From contig OX597817.1 in NCBI GenBank assembly GCA_951406725.2, positions 12,586,001 through 12,650,000 of the forward strand: 64,000 nucleotides of DNA. The letters are read 5' to 3'. Numbering within the stretch: the stretch's first letter is position 1; each line of letters begins with the position of its first letter. Both the position numbers and the translations under genes were made by a program. The stretch comes from Octopus vulgaris (Eukaryota). Shown one piece after another: positions 1-13,116 of the stretch. The notes beneath the pieces are model-generated. The model was not told the DNA's origin, did not search any database, and worked only from the letters and a program-made list of their open reading frames with translations.

Positions 1-1149
1 TGTGTGTCAATGTCTGCATGTGTGTGCTAATTCAGTTTGTAAACTGGGACTTCAGCTAGACTCTTTATTTTACTGAGAAACAAAGAACGTTGATTGACCC
101 AATTTTGTGAAAATAACAACATACGTGACACAACCCACTCCTATTCACAAATGACATCACCCCTTCTGTCTTCTTAACTGTCCACACATGCAACTTTCTA
201 TACACAACCTATTTATTTGATTAGAAACCTTGAAAACGTTTTCCAGTTTAGTTTTTTTTTTGAAAAGCTCGATGACACAGTCGTTGCATATGTCAAAGTA
301 ACAGCCACAATTTAAAAGCACTTCTTCTTTACATATGAACAACTCAAAACTGAAAACTGCTACTAGTGGTAGGCCAGAGAAGATAGATAGTGTCCATTGG
401 TCAGAGATAGTACAAACCTATTCGGTTTTGCGAAGTTTTTGATAGTTCCTGCATAGAGAAGCAGCTGTGAATTGGGACCTCTAACGAATCATCAACTAAT
501 CCACTGCTCAGCATAATGTTACCGATTGAAAACGCTTGTATTAGTGAATGCCTGTTGAAACCTCATCCAGCCGGCGCCAGCCCGACAACCAGGGCGCTCG
601 GCCGACGGTGCTGCACGCTTTGCGGCTCTACGATCGACAAGATGTCCTCATCTTTGTTGTTAGCACGTTTCGGCTGGTGTAGCCTCCAGTCGTCATGTTC
701 ATATGATAGTGAATGGATGATAACAAAGTTTCGCGCTTTGGCGACCACTGTATATTCAATGTCACATCCAAACGGGCAAGACTATGTATAAAGGCGATGA
801 GTAGACAAAACGAACACTGACAATAATACATTTGGATGAACGGGGGAAGCTTTTTTTGGAAGGGAGGCTGAGGAAGGACCCTAACTTTTTCGCGAAAAGT
901 TTTCAAATTATCTGAAAACTCAAAAGATCGCAGAACAAATTGATAATGTTAACTGATATTAAAAACAAGTTAAAATGTAATACTAATAGATCGAAAATAT
1001 TGTATAAATGTTCGATCATTAAATAGTAACAGTTGATGACATTTTTATACTCATTAATCATTGTCCAATAAAAAATGAATTCGAAAGAGGAGTTGAATGC
1101 AGAAGGGTTTTTTTTCTTCTTAAAACCGAATGTTGATAATCTTAATACC

Positions 1150-1379
1150 TATTTCTTTATTACCCACAAGGGGCTAAACACAGAGGGGACAAACAAGGAC
1201 AGACATAGGTATCAAGTCGATTACATCGACCCCAGTGCGTAACTTGTACCTAATTTATCGACCCCGAAAGGATGAAAGGCAAAGTCGACCTCGGCGGAAT
1301 TTGAACTCACAACGTAACGCAGACGAAATACCGCTAAGCATTTCGCCCGGCATGCTAACGGTTCTGCCAGCTCGCCGCC
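1150..1379 (-). mobile_element. SINE family B, full copy with 14-bp TSD
   Basis: Head GGCGGCGAGCTGGCAGAA, B-box-like GAGTTCAAATTCC, tail ...AAAGAAATA; flanked by ATAATCTTAATACC at 1136-1149 and 1382-1395. Confidence 0.9.
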
Positions 1380-2016
1380 TTATAATCTTAATACCATTTC
1401 GCAGAGTAGCATTTATATCGAACCCTTCGATACATAGAGCCAAATTTTTTCCTTGTTTTGTGTTGATAACTCTTTATTTAATTTAGTTTAGTTCAGCTTA
1501 GTTTAGTCTAGTTTAGTTTAGGTACTAAAATAATCCTCAAAAGAATATGAAGTTTCTGGAACCACGGGTAAAACTTTAACTACAGTTCTAACGATGTAGC
1601 GAATATCACAAAAATTAATCACAACAATTGTTCAACAGTTCCTTGGACAAGGTCGTGAATATTTTGGCTCTGATTTGTATTGTGTGGGTGGACCCAAATG
1701 CAGCTCTATTTTAAAATGATGGCAAGATTATCAACACATTCACCTCCAAGAAAAAAAAGACCTTGTCTATTCTCGTGTCTTGTTTTTTTCATCTCAAATT
1801 TCTGCCCGAAAACTTGAACATTGCCCAAAATAGAGAGGTGCATTTCCCAGCCCACTACGTTGTGCGCCGATGGTAGAACAATGACGTGAAATATAAGAAA
1901 AAATAAGAGACAATGTAAATAAGAAGCATAAAGTAGAACAAGTTTGACTGGTACAGAAAGAATGGAAATTGTATCCTTATTTGTTTACAACCAGCAGGCA
2001 AAGGAATTAATCCTCA

Positions 2017-2481
2017 TGTATGTATGTATGTATGTATGTATGTATGTATGTATGTATGTATGTATGTATGTATGTATGTATGTGTGTATGTATGTACGCA
2101 CGTATGTATGTATGTGTGTATGTATGTATGTATGTATGTATGTATATATGTATGTTTGTGTGTTTTGTATGTATACATGTATGTATGTATGTATGTATGT
2201 ATACGTGTATGTATGTATGTATGTATGTATATATGTATGTATGTATATATGTATGTATGTATATATGTATGTATGTGTGTGTATGTATGTATGTATGTAT
2301 GTATATATGTATGTGTGTGTATGTATGTATGTATGTATGTATGTATGTATGTATGTGTGTGTATGTATGTATGTATGTATGTATGTATGTATGTATGTAT
2401 GTATGTGTGTGTAAGTATCTATGTATGTATGTATGTATGTATGTATGTATGTATGTGTGTGTGTATGTATGTATGTATGTA
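2017..2481. repeat. (ATGT)n microsatellite
   Basis: Direct reading; source of the MYVC/YIHT pseudo-ORFs. Confidence 0.98.
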
Positions 2482-4121
2482 CGCCCCATATAACTTATGA
2501 AGTTATATTTATCTGTCAGATTTGTTCAAATGAAATTATTTCATTACAGTAAAAAATGAATAAAATACTCATAAATTTCACAAAGCTGGCGTGTACGTGA
2601 CATCACACATTGTACTTATTTGAAACGAAGCATATTTGAATGTTCGAAGTTAAACGTCTTCACAATGGACTTCACTGATAGGTTACGAACAACTATTATA
2701 TTTTCAGCCCTGATCCACATTCCGTGTCTATCCTGTCTCTATTTGATACAGCGTATCTACGGCCACCTTATCCTATATGTCCTACCATTCTTGAGATTTA
2801 AAGGAGATTTAGCTGCAGTATCTAACAGATGAAGTGACCGCATAGAGGTTTTTTCCTTGTTCTAAAGTAGTCAGCCATCACACATTCCTATTTTCGTTCC
2901 AATACAACATAAGATCAATAATATTAAGTTTCGATTAAAATCTTGCAGAGTGTAGTATTTTATAGTGCTATCTTGATTTGATTTCAAACACCACCGAGGT
3001 CATCTTTACCTTTCATCCTTTTGAAATCGAAAAAGTAAAGCAAGTACAAGGCCCGATTGAATTGGTTAAAGCTCCTCCTCTCAAAATTCTTGACCTAGTA
3101 CCTAACTTAGAAATAATTTTATCGTGCCAACCATTTTTGATTTAGATTCGAAACCATTTTACTTCACTACGTTGCTGAAATCCTGTTAAAAAGAAACAAA
3201 TTACCACACTCCTATCTCAATATCTTTGGTGCTATAAAAATATTTATTCTGTCGTTTTATGCCTAATTCTTTTTTTTTTTTTGTTCTTTTTCCTTTTTTT
3301 TTTTTCTGAAAAATAGTTCACGTCAGGTCAGATTTTAAGAATCTCGATTTGTTATATTGCCAACGAATTAACACACCCAGAATTTTCAGCTAAGGAAAAC
3401 ATTCATGGAATATTCTTCCTACATAATCAGATAGAAATCTAAAACATACGAAATTTGTTTTTCAAAATTCGCCAAAACCAAGTTGGTTGACATTTTGATG
3501 AGAACGAAATTTGTGATTACCCAAGATATTTGTTTTACTAAGTGTTTGTTTAGACAGATCCTGTATACATCACGTACTAAGTGGAATCAAGTGAGTGACC
3601 TTTCATCTTAGAAGGTATTTATCAAAATGCAATAACTGTTGTTGGTGTTATTGTTGATGCTATAGTTACAATGGCGGCTGCTGCTGCTGCTGCTACGGCT
3701 GCTGCTGCTGCTACTTCCAGGCTATCTTTCATTACATGAACTTGCAAAGAAAGATATCGCTATCATCCTAACTTTCGCTCAGGTATAATGTACCCAAAGC
3801 CTTATTATGCTGGGTACATGTCTACCCAGCATAATAATTTTAAAGCACAGTGTCTTAAAAATTTAAGATAGGATGTGAGTTAAGGAAGATTTAGCTGCAA
3901 TTTTAGCAAGTCACTCAATCGGCTTAATTTTCTTAGGCACAGAGAAGTGGAGGTTATGTCGGTCTTAACATAGGAACGAATAGTGAGATGGATGAATGGA
4001 ATAAAACAGCCAAACATGTTCACACATACAGAGACACTTGTAAATATGCGAGTATGTATATATGTATGCATATGTATGTATAATGTGTAAATATACATAT
4101 ATACATATATGTATTGGGGTG

Positions 4122-4163
<42 letters not shown>

Positions 4164-4187
4164 TAAATATAATATGTATATAGACAC

Positions 4188-4262
<75 letters not shown>

Positions 4263-4349
4263 AATAAAAGCTGCGGTTACTAGAATAATGAAATCAAAGA
4301 AGAGTGACCGAGATTCAATGTAATTTTTAAAACACGCGCGTAGACATAC

Positions 4350-4350
4350 G

Positions 4351-4427
<77 letters not shown>
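4350..4427. repeat. (AGAT)n microsatellite
   Basis: Direct reading. Confidence 0.97.
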
Positions 4428-4428
<1 letters not shown>

Positions 4429-4440
4429 TGCATATATATA

Positions 4441-4821
4441 CTCTTTTACTCGTTTCAGTCGTTTGACTGCGGCCATGCTGGAGCACCGCCTTTAGTCGCG
4501 CAAATCGACCCCGGGACTTATTCTTTGTAAGCCCAGTACTTATTCTATCGGTCTCTCTTGCCGAACCGCTAAGTTACGGGGACGTAAACACACCACCATC
4601 GGTTGTCAAACAATGTTATGGGGACAAACACAGACACACAAACACATACACACACATATATATACATATATATGACAGGCTTCTTTCAGTTTCCGTCTAC
4701 CAAATCCACTCACAAGGCATTGGTCGGCCCGGGGCTATAGCAGAAGACACTTGCCCAAGATGCCACGCAGTGGGACTGAACCCGGAACCATGTGGTTGGT
4801 TAGCACAGCCACACCTGCGCC
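4441..4821 (-). mobile_element. SINE family A (tRNA-like head, CORE-like CCTTGGGCAAG, internal TA/TG microsatellite, GTAAAAGAG tail)
   Basis: Near-identical to more than 15 other copies in the window. Confidence 0.9.
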
Positions 4822-4828
4822 TATTATA

Positions 4829-4873
<45 letters not shown>

Positions 4874-5278
4874 TATATACACATATAGGTGTGTGTGTGT
4901 GTGGAAGAATAGAAAATAAATGATCTGAAATGATATTCAAAAATTTCTTTTTCCCTGACCATACGAAAACACTTATCTCAACTATATAAAAATTACATAA
5001 TTGTTGTTAGTCATTTAATTTTGTTGAATGTCATGTGGAACTCATTTTATCATTAACGTTCCTGATGGAATTACTTCCACATTACATTCAAGTATGTGTG
5101 TGTAAGAATATATATGAATATATGTCTTTGTATATAGGTATGCATATATATATATATATATATATATATAGGTATGCATATATATATATATATATATATA
5201 CATAAAAAGAAATTTTTGAATATCATTTCAGATCATTTCTTTTCTATTCTTACACACACACACACACCTATATGTGTA

Positions 5279-5315
<37 letters not shown>

Positions 5316-5337
5316 ATATATATATATATATATATAC

Positions 5338-6372
5338 ATGCCCTCAGCCACGCAGAGAGCCACGATCACAAGTTATGCAGATGATATAAAAGTTTCACAG
5401 GCAATACAGAACCCTGAGGACACTAAACGCCTGCAATGTGAGCTGGACAAAATATACAAGTGGGCTGAAAAGAATAGCATGCAGTTCAATGCTGAAAAGT
5501 TTCAAGCTTTATACTATCAGCATGCAAAACTAAATGCAATACCCAATGAATACACTGGACCCGGAGGAATTGCAATCCCAGAGGCACAATCAGTGCGTGA
5601 CCTGGGTATTTACATGAGTGATGACGCAACCTTTCGTGTACATGTTGCTAAATTGGCAATGAAATGTAGACGACTGGCCGGGTGGATTTTCAGAACCTTT
5701 AGAACAAGAGAACAAGAAACCATGATGGTCCTCTGGAGGACACTTTTCCTAAGCCACTTTGACTATTGCTCTCAGCTATGGTCACCATCCAGTGTCAAGC
5801 TGATCACAGAACTTGAGGCGATCCAACGTAGCTACACGAAGAAGATAGCCTCTATGCAGAATATAAGCTACTGGGAAAGACTCAAGAGATTAAAACTCTA
5901 TTCCTTGGAGCGTAGGCGAGAAAGATATGCCATAATATACATCTGGAAGATCCTGGAGGGACTTGTCCCAAACTTTGGCATCGAGAGTTACACAAATGCC
6001 AGAACTGGGCGCCACTGAGTGGTGCCTAGGACTCCAAATTTGCCATCAAGATGTAGGACAAGATACTGTGATAGCCTGGACTTCAGAGGCCCACAGCTCT
6101 TCAATATCCTCCCGAAGAATCTAAGAGACCTGCATGGGGTGGATGCAGATGTCTTTAAAATGAAACTGGATCTCTTCTTGTCAGGTATCCCAGATGAACC
6201 AACTTCACGGCAGGAGGTGCAGATGAGGGCAGCTGCATCGAACTCTCTCATGCACCAAATGGCAGTTGCCAAAAAGCATTCGTGAAGTAAAACCATGTAG
6301 CAACACCAAATGGCGGTGCCCCAGCATGGCCACAGCTCATGAGCTGAAACTAGAATCAATCAATCAATCAAT

Positions 6373-6375
<3 letters not shown>
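5338..6375 (+). mobile_element. 5'-truncated CR1-group LINE (RT C-terminal half, 3' UTR, (CAAT)n tail) inserted in (TA)n
   Basis: YADD motif, FNAEKF, DLG, DYCSQLWSP, LYSLERRRER; one in-frame TGA at 6016-6018; (TA)n on both sides. Confidence 0.92.
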
Positions 6376-6416
<41 letters not shown>

Positions 6417-6721
6417 CAAATAAGAAAATGGAGAAAACAAATATAAGTATAATTTTTACTTCAACTTTGACGAAAAGAACAAAATCCTTATATTGATATT
6501 ATGCATGAACTTGTATGTATTAAGAAGAACTATATACTGAAAACCATAGTCTAACTATGTTTTTTTATATATTTATATACATATATATATATTTATGTAA
6601 TATAATAAAAATATGTATAAAAATATTTATGTATTAAGAATTTGGGTACATTACCAACAGTATATTGGATAAACACTATCCCTTAGTGGGTTGCACCCAT
6701 AACCCCTAACTTACTTTGTGT

Positions 6722-6779
<58 letters not shown>

Positions 6780-6965
6780 CAAAGTATGGAGTTTTAGTTC
6801 ACAGGTGATCTAAACGATTAGGTACGCTAGGTAAGTGCTGTAACGGATTACTGGGGCTCTAAGATTATAGCCGAGACGGTAGTTATGAAGCCATTGCAGA
6901 TTTCCGATGCAGCGGAATTGTTAAACAGGTCGTTAATCATTAAGGCAAGGAAAACATCTGAAGTC

Positions 6966-7060
6966 ATATACAATATGATATTCAAATATGATATACAATA
7001 TGATATTCAAATATGATATACAATATGATATTCAAATATGATATACAATATGATATTCAA
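6966..7060 (+). repeat. 25-bp tandem repeat, ~3.8 copies (ATATACAATATGATATTCAAATATG)
   Basis: Direct reading. Confidence 0.9.
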
Positions 7061-7260
7061 AAATTTCTTTTTCCCTGACCATACGAAAACACTTATCTCA
7101 ACTATATAAAAATTACATAATTGTTGTTAGTCATTTAATTTTGTTGAATGTCATGTGGAACTCATTTTATCATTAACGTTTCTGATGAAATTACTTCCAC
7201 ATTACATTCAAGTATGTGTGTGTAAGAATATATATGAATATATGTCTTTGTATATAGGTA

Positions 7261-7313
<53 letters not shown>

Positions 7314-7346
7314 TACAAAAAAGAAAATGGAGGAAGACATTCAAAA

Positions 7347-7400
7347 TCTTACAGCTGTTTCTGGGGTATCCCCGAGCATGGGATATTCCATCATCAGAGA
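7347..7400 (-). ncRNA. Minimal type I hammerhead ribozyme motif (Penelope/retrozyme-type)
   Basis: Minus strand: TCT-CTGATGA-TGG..stem II..CCA-GAAAC-AGCT-GTA-AGA; intact core, palindromic stem III ACAGCTGT, GUA cleavage triplet. Confidence 0.7.
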
Positions 7401-8225
7401 CACACGCACACCTAAGTCTGTCTCTAGTTTATTTTTCCATAGGGAATTAAGATAGCATTTCACACACATGCACGCACACACACCACATATACGCGTTCGT
7501 AATTACCTACATGTTTTCACATACTACTAAATCGAAGGAAATAATCTATTCCCTCTTTAGTGACATCAGATCTTACGAATAACATGGAAACGACCTGTTG
7601 TCTGTAAAGTGTCCAAAATTTGATAAAATTCTCCACAGAAGGAATGTAAAGAATTTTTTTTTTTAACACCTCATTGTCGAATTGCCTCCTTTCTCTATTG
7701 GTAAACCAAACATTGTACACAAAAGGTATAAAAATTCAGCATACCTCTACGTATGCCTCACCAAAATATTACTATGCCCCACCGGTGGAGCATGTGCCCT
7801 ACGTTAGGAATCACGGTTATAGACAAAAGATGACAAGCGGAGAACGCTCTTCTATCTTTGCTTGCTACCTAAGGTCTATGAGTACCGCACATACTTGCTG
7901 CTCCATCAAAATATTTTCCAACAAATTTGTCAAGTATCATATGCAGGCTACCGAGTACATTTTTCGCCAATTCATTGAGAACACTCCTTTCTGTAGAAAG
8001 TGCTGCAAAGAATCTCAAGTTCAACTGATAGTTAAAATGTTTCGCAGTGCAATCTTCATGTAAAATATAGAACATCACTAACCTACTTGAAATGAAAAGA
8101 TTCAAAACAAAATCAAAACTGCCGGCAGATTTGCCGTGTTGTGAATTTACTGTAATACAGAGTTTAACAATCGTTTAATTTGTCAAAGCATAGTGCTAGC
8201 TTTTGTAATATGGTTGTATGTTATA

Positions 8226-8982
8226 AGGCTGACAGAAACGTTAGCACGCCGGGCGAAATGCTTAGCGGTATTTCGTCTGCCGCTACTTTCTGAGTTCAAA
8301 TTCCGCCGAAGTCGACTTTGCCTTCCATCCTTTCGGGGTCGATTAAATAAGTACCAGTTACGCACTGGGGTCGATCTAATCGACTTAATCCCTTTGTCAG
8401 TCCTTGTTCGTCCCTCTGTGTTTAGCACCTTGGGGGTTGTAAAGAAATAGGTATTTCGTCTGCCGCTACGTTCTGAGTTCAAATTCCGTGGGGTCGATTA
8501 AATAAGTACCAGTTACACACTGGAGTCGATGTAATCGACTTAATCCCTTTGTCTGTCCTTGTTTATCCCCTCTATATTTAGCCCCTTGTGGGCAATAAAG
8601 AAATTAGAAATGTTAGCACGCTGAGTGAAATGCTTAGCAGTGTTTCGTCTGCCGCTACTTTCTGAGTTCAAATTCCGCCGAAGTCGACTTTGCCTTTCAT
8701 CCTTTCGGGGTCGATAAATTAAGTACCAGTTACGCACTGGGGTCAATGTAATCGACTTAATCCGTTTGTCTGTCCTTGTTTGTCCTCCCTGTGTTTAGCC
8801 CCTTGTGGGTAATAAAGAAATAGGTATTTCGTCTGCCTTTATGTTCTGAGTTCAAATTTCGCTGAAGTCGACTTTGCCTTTCGGAATCGGTAAATTAAGT
8901 ACCAGTTGCGTACTGAGGTCCATCTAATCGACTAGCCCTCACTCCAAAAATTTCGGGCCTTGTACCTAGAGTAGAAAAGAAT
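8226..8982 (+). mobile_element. Tandem/nested array of ~4 SINE-B units
   Basis: Repeated GTTCTGAGTTCAAATTCC...GTACCAGTTACGCACTGG...AAAGAAATA modules. Confidence 0.88.
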
Positions 8983-9186
8983 ATGGTATGTGTTATCTCT
9001 GGAATTAATCTTGTGATATTTGTTTTACCCACCCTGGTTATACACTCTGGATAAAATCCAAAATCAACATTTGAAATCAGAATGTAGAAGGATGCGTTTT
9101 ATATAACTGAGTGAACGTATCAAGCTATTTCTAATTCGTTGACTGTTAAGTGGAATGGCTTCAACAGAAAATCGGATCTGCTCTCT

Positions 9187-9414
9187 TACTCTTTCTTTTA
9201 CTCTTTTACTTGTTTCAGTCATTTGACTGCGGCCATGCTGGAGCACCGCCTTTAATCGAGCAACTCGACCCCGGGACTTATTCTTTTTGTAAGCCCAGTA
9301 CTTATTCTATCGGTCTCTTTTGCCGAACCGCTAAGTAACGGGGACATAAACACACCAGCATCGGTTGTCAAGCAATGCTAAGGGGACAAACACAGACACA
9401 CAAACACACACACA

Positions 9415-9466
<52 letters not shown>

Positions 9467-9627
9467 TACGACGGGCTTCTTTCAGTTTCCGTCTACCAAA
9501 TCCACTCGCAAGGCATTGGTCGGCTCGAGGCTATAGTAGAAGACACTTGCCCTAGGTGTCACGCAGTGGGACTGAACCCGGAACCATGTGGTTGGTTAGC
9601 AAGCTACTTACCACACAGCCACTCCTG
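9187..9627 (-). mobile_element. SINE family A
   Basis: Family consensus match. Confidence 0.9.
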
Positions 9628-9887
9628 CTGTATCAGATTTCTGATATTTTCTTCTTTTTTTTTTAATTTTTGGTCGCCTACCAATCCAGATATCGAGTGA
9701 TTATTTCTAGCGCACACGGAAACTGAGGTAATGTCGGTGGTCGAGAGGGTAACGTACAAGAAAATATAGAAACTAAATGAGCGGGCGGCTGGTGCATGTT
9801 TTCACCAATGCTGGGCGGTGTCTTTTGCCAGAACATTTTTAGTATTATATATGTTAGTCAACCTCTAGTTGTAAATAGATACTAATA

Positions 9888-10296
9888 GGCGCAGGAGTGG
9901 CTGTGTGGTAAGTAGCTTGTTTACCAACCACATGGTTCCGGGTTCAGTCCCACTGCGTGGCACCTTGGGCAACTGTCTTCTACTATAACCTCAGGCCGAC
10001 CAAAGCCTTGTGAGTGGATTTGGTAGACGGAAACTGAAAGAAGCCCGTCGTATATATGTATATATATATATATGCGTGTGTGTGTTTGTGTGTCTGTGTT
10101 TGTCCCCTAGCATTGCTTGACAACCGATGCTGGTGTGTTTACGTCCCCGTTACTTAGCGGTTCGGCAAAGAAACCGATAGAATAAGTACTGGGCTTACAA
10201 AAAGAATAAGTCCCGGGGTCGAGTTGCTCGATTAAAGGCGGTGCACCAGCATGGCCGCAGTCAAATGACTGAAACAAGTAAAAGAGTAAAAGAGTA
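9888..10296 (+). mobile_element. SINE family A, full length
   Basis: GGCGCAGGAGTGGCTGTGTGG head, GGTTCAGTCCC B-box-like element, (GTAAAAGA)n tail. Confidence 0.92.
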
Positions 10297-10871
10297 AATA
10301 ACACTTCAAGAAAAGTAAAATTACTAAATATTTGATTGCTTTTTTCTTCTTTTCTTTTTTTTTATCTTGAAGTGCTGAGTTCAACTTTTGTTGTGGGTTT
10401 AGTTGCGAGAATGATGGACTTCACCAGCGGAGTTTATAGAAATATCCTTACAATCCAATATATTCGGGAACCGGAATGAGAGACGACAATCAATGCTATT
10501 GGAATGCATTTCCAAAAGGAAGTTATGACGTAAGGGAATTTGAGCCAATTTACGACGTACTATAGAGCCAGCCATAATAATGATTCCGGTAGTTATACAA
10601 GTTTTAATCTTAAGTCCATTCAGTGAGCGTCTACTCTAAAAAACAAAAATATACTGGGGCTATATACTGGAAGTGATAAATCTATTGATATGAATTTCAG
10701 ATCTGAAACATGAAATATTTGAAATGTTTCACAAGTTCTATTTATTTATTTATTTATTTATTCGAGTAAAAACTTTCCTCGAATATAAACGACTGAAATA
10801 TCACATATCTCTTTACTCCCTCCTTCACCCATCTCTCTCTCTCTCTCCCTTCCTCTCTCTCCCTCTCTCTC

Positions 10872-10943
<72 letters not shown>

Positions 10944-11050
10944 TATGCATGTGTGGTTAAATGTATATGTATATATGCATATGTATTTGTATTTATTTAT
11001 ATATGTGTGCTGTGTGCATATGTATATAAGTATACTCTTTGTACATATAA

Positions 11051-11465
11051 GGCGGCGAGCTGGCAGAATCGTTAGCACACCGGGCGAAATGCTTAGCGGT
11101 ATTTCGTCTACTGCTAAGTTCTGAGTTCAAATTCCGCCGAGCTCGACTTTGCCTTTCATCCTTTCGGGGTCGATAAATTAAGTACCAGTTACGCACTGAG
11201 GTCGATATAATCGACTTAATCCATTTGTCTGTCCTTGTTTGTCCTCTCTGTGTTTAGCCCCTTGTGGGTAGTAAAGAAATAGGTATTTCGTCTGTCGTTA
11301 CGTTCTGAGTTCAAATTCCGCCGAGGTCGACTTTGCCTTTCATCCTTTCGGGGTCGATAAATTAAGTACCAGTTACGCACTGAGGTCGATATAATCGACT
11401 TAATCCATTTGTCTGTCCTTGTTTGTCCTCTCTGTGTTTAGCCCCTCGTGGGTAGCAAAGAAATA
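11051..11465 (+). mobile_element. SINE-B head-to-tail dimer
   Basis: Second unit restarts at GGTATTTCGTC (~11282); imperfect TSD GTATACTCT.TGTAC. Confidence 0.9.
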
Positions 11466-12026
11466 CGTATACTCTATGTACGTATATGTTTATGTTTACA
11501 AATCATATCCTCTAGTGACACGGTGACAGCCATAATAATACTTCCGGTAGACATACAAGTTGTAATTTAAGTCTACTCAAAAAGTATCCACTTTAAAAAC
11601 ATATCTAGGTTATTTACTTAGATAATATACAACAGTTCATATGAAATTTTATACTTGAAGAATGAAATACTTTTCCCGTTCCTCTATTATATTTTTCTTT
11701 AAATAAAACTGTTCTAGATTCTAAAACGACTGCAATATCAAAATATATTAATGCTACGCAATGTCAGGGTGGCGAGCTGGCAGAATCGATAAGTATGCCG
11801 AGTAAAATGCTTTGCGGGCATTTTGTCCGTCTTTACGTTCTGAGTTCAATTTCCACCGAGGCTACCTTTGCCTTTCATCCTTTAAAATAATCGACTTAAA
11901 ATCCCCAGCAACCGAACTTGCTGACATATATTTGAAACCTATATTTCTCAGCGTCTCTCACTTCTACTTTCTCGCTCCCATTTGTCATTCTCTTTCTGCC
12001 TTTCTCTCTATTATATAGAAATGTGT

Positions 12027-12318
12027 GGAGGCGCAATGGCCCAGTGGTTAGGGCAGCGGACTCGCGGTCGCAGGATCACGGTTTCGATTCCCAGCCCGGG
12101 CGTTGTGAGTGTTTATTGAGCGAAAACACCTGAAAGCTCCACGACGCTCCGGCAGGGGGTGGTGATCCCTGCTGTACTCTTTCACCACTCTTTCTTCTGT
12201 TGGCCTGCTCGCCTAGCCAGCGGGGTGGCGTCATTCGAAGGCTCAAACAATGCAAACGCATTGTGACCAGCGATGTGTAACCACATCTGATGGTCTGGTC
12301 GGTCACGCGATCACGTGA
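12027..12318 (+). mobile_element. SINE family C (tail variant 1)
   Basis: tRNA-like head GGAGGCGCAATGGCCCAGTGGTTAGGGCAGCGGACTCGCGG...GGTTTCGATTCCC; tail GGTCACG(T/C)GATCACGTGAT. Confidence 0.9.
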
Positions 12319-12630
12319 TATATAAATGTATACATATATATATGCTTTATGGTAGTGCTTAGTCACTGTAGATCATGAGGAAGAGTAAGATACTCTTAAG
12401 TAGCTATGAAAACTGATCCTTGAACGACTGGCTTTGGTGCTCCTGGGAGTAATTTGGTCAGATGGGGGGTGGGGGGCCTGACGATGACCCCTATTGTGAC
12501 GTTTCTCATCCGACTCAGTAACTCTGGCCTTCTCAAAACTACAATTTCGATTTTCTGGATGCAATCTCACCACACTTTCCTCTGTTTTGCAACTCCCTTT
12601 TATTCATTCATTCATTTATACATACATACA

Positions 12631-12774
12631 AACAGACAGACAAACACCAAATGAAACACTAACTCACCCTAGCAAGGAGTTGCAGCTTATACTGCAACTC
12701 CCTCCCACAGACTAGGGAGCTGCAACTCCTTGCCAGGTTGAGCTAGTGTTTCAGCAGGTGTTTGTCTGTCTGTT
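12631..12774. mobile_element. Imperfect ~145-bp palindrome, MITE-like
   Basis: AACAGACAGACAAACACC...GCAAGGAGTTGCAGCT pairs with AGCTGCAACTCCTTGC...GGTGTTTGTCTGTCTGTT. Confidence 0.6.
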
Positions 12775-13116
12775 CTGATATAATCGACTTAATCCCTTTG
12801 TCTGTCCTTGTTTGTCCTCTCTGTGTTTAGCCCCTTATGGGTAGTAAAGAAATAGGTATTTCGTCTGCGGCTACGTTCTGAGTTCAGATTCCAGCGAGGT
12901 CGACTTTACCTTTCATCCTTTCGAGGTCGAAAAATTAAGTACCAGTTGCGTACTGGGGTCGATCTAATTGACTGGCCCCTTCCCAAACAGATTTTGGGCC
13001 TTATACCTAGAGTAGAAAAGAATATGATAGAATTCCATCCATTTATAACTAAATAACTTCTTTATAAAGCTTGAGATGTTATTCCAGCTCATGATTTGAG
13101 CATTAATATCTTTATG

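Noticed and set aside
157-790. Cys-rich short ORFs and a GC-rich patch (possible zinc-finger remnant)
   Set aside because: No recognisable family motif or splice structure; cannot be supported without a search
1944-2500. MYVC/YIHT-repeat ORFs (also 60862-61819, 52373-52748, 42535-43035)
   Set aside because: Translations of microsatellites
3802-3837. 15-bp perfect hairpin (terminator or miRNA?)
   Set aside because: Too short for a pre-miRNA, and bacterial terminators are irrelevant here; no supporting context
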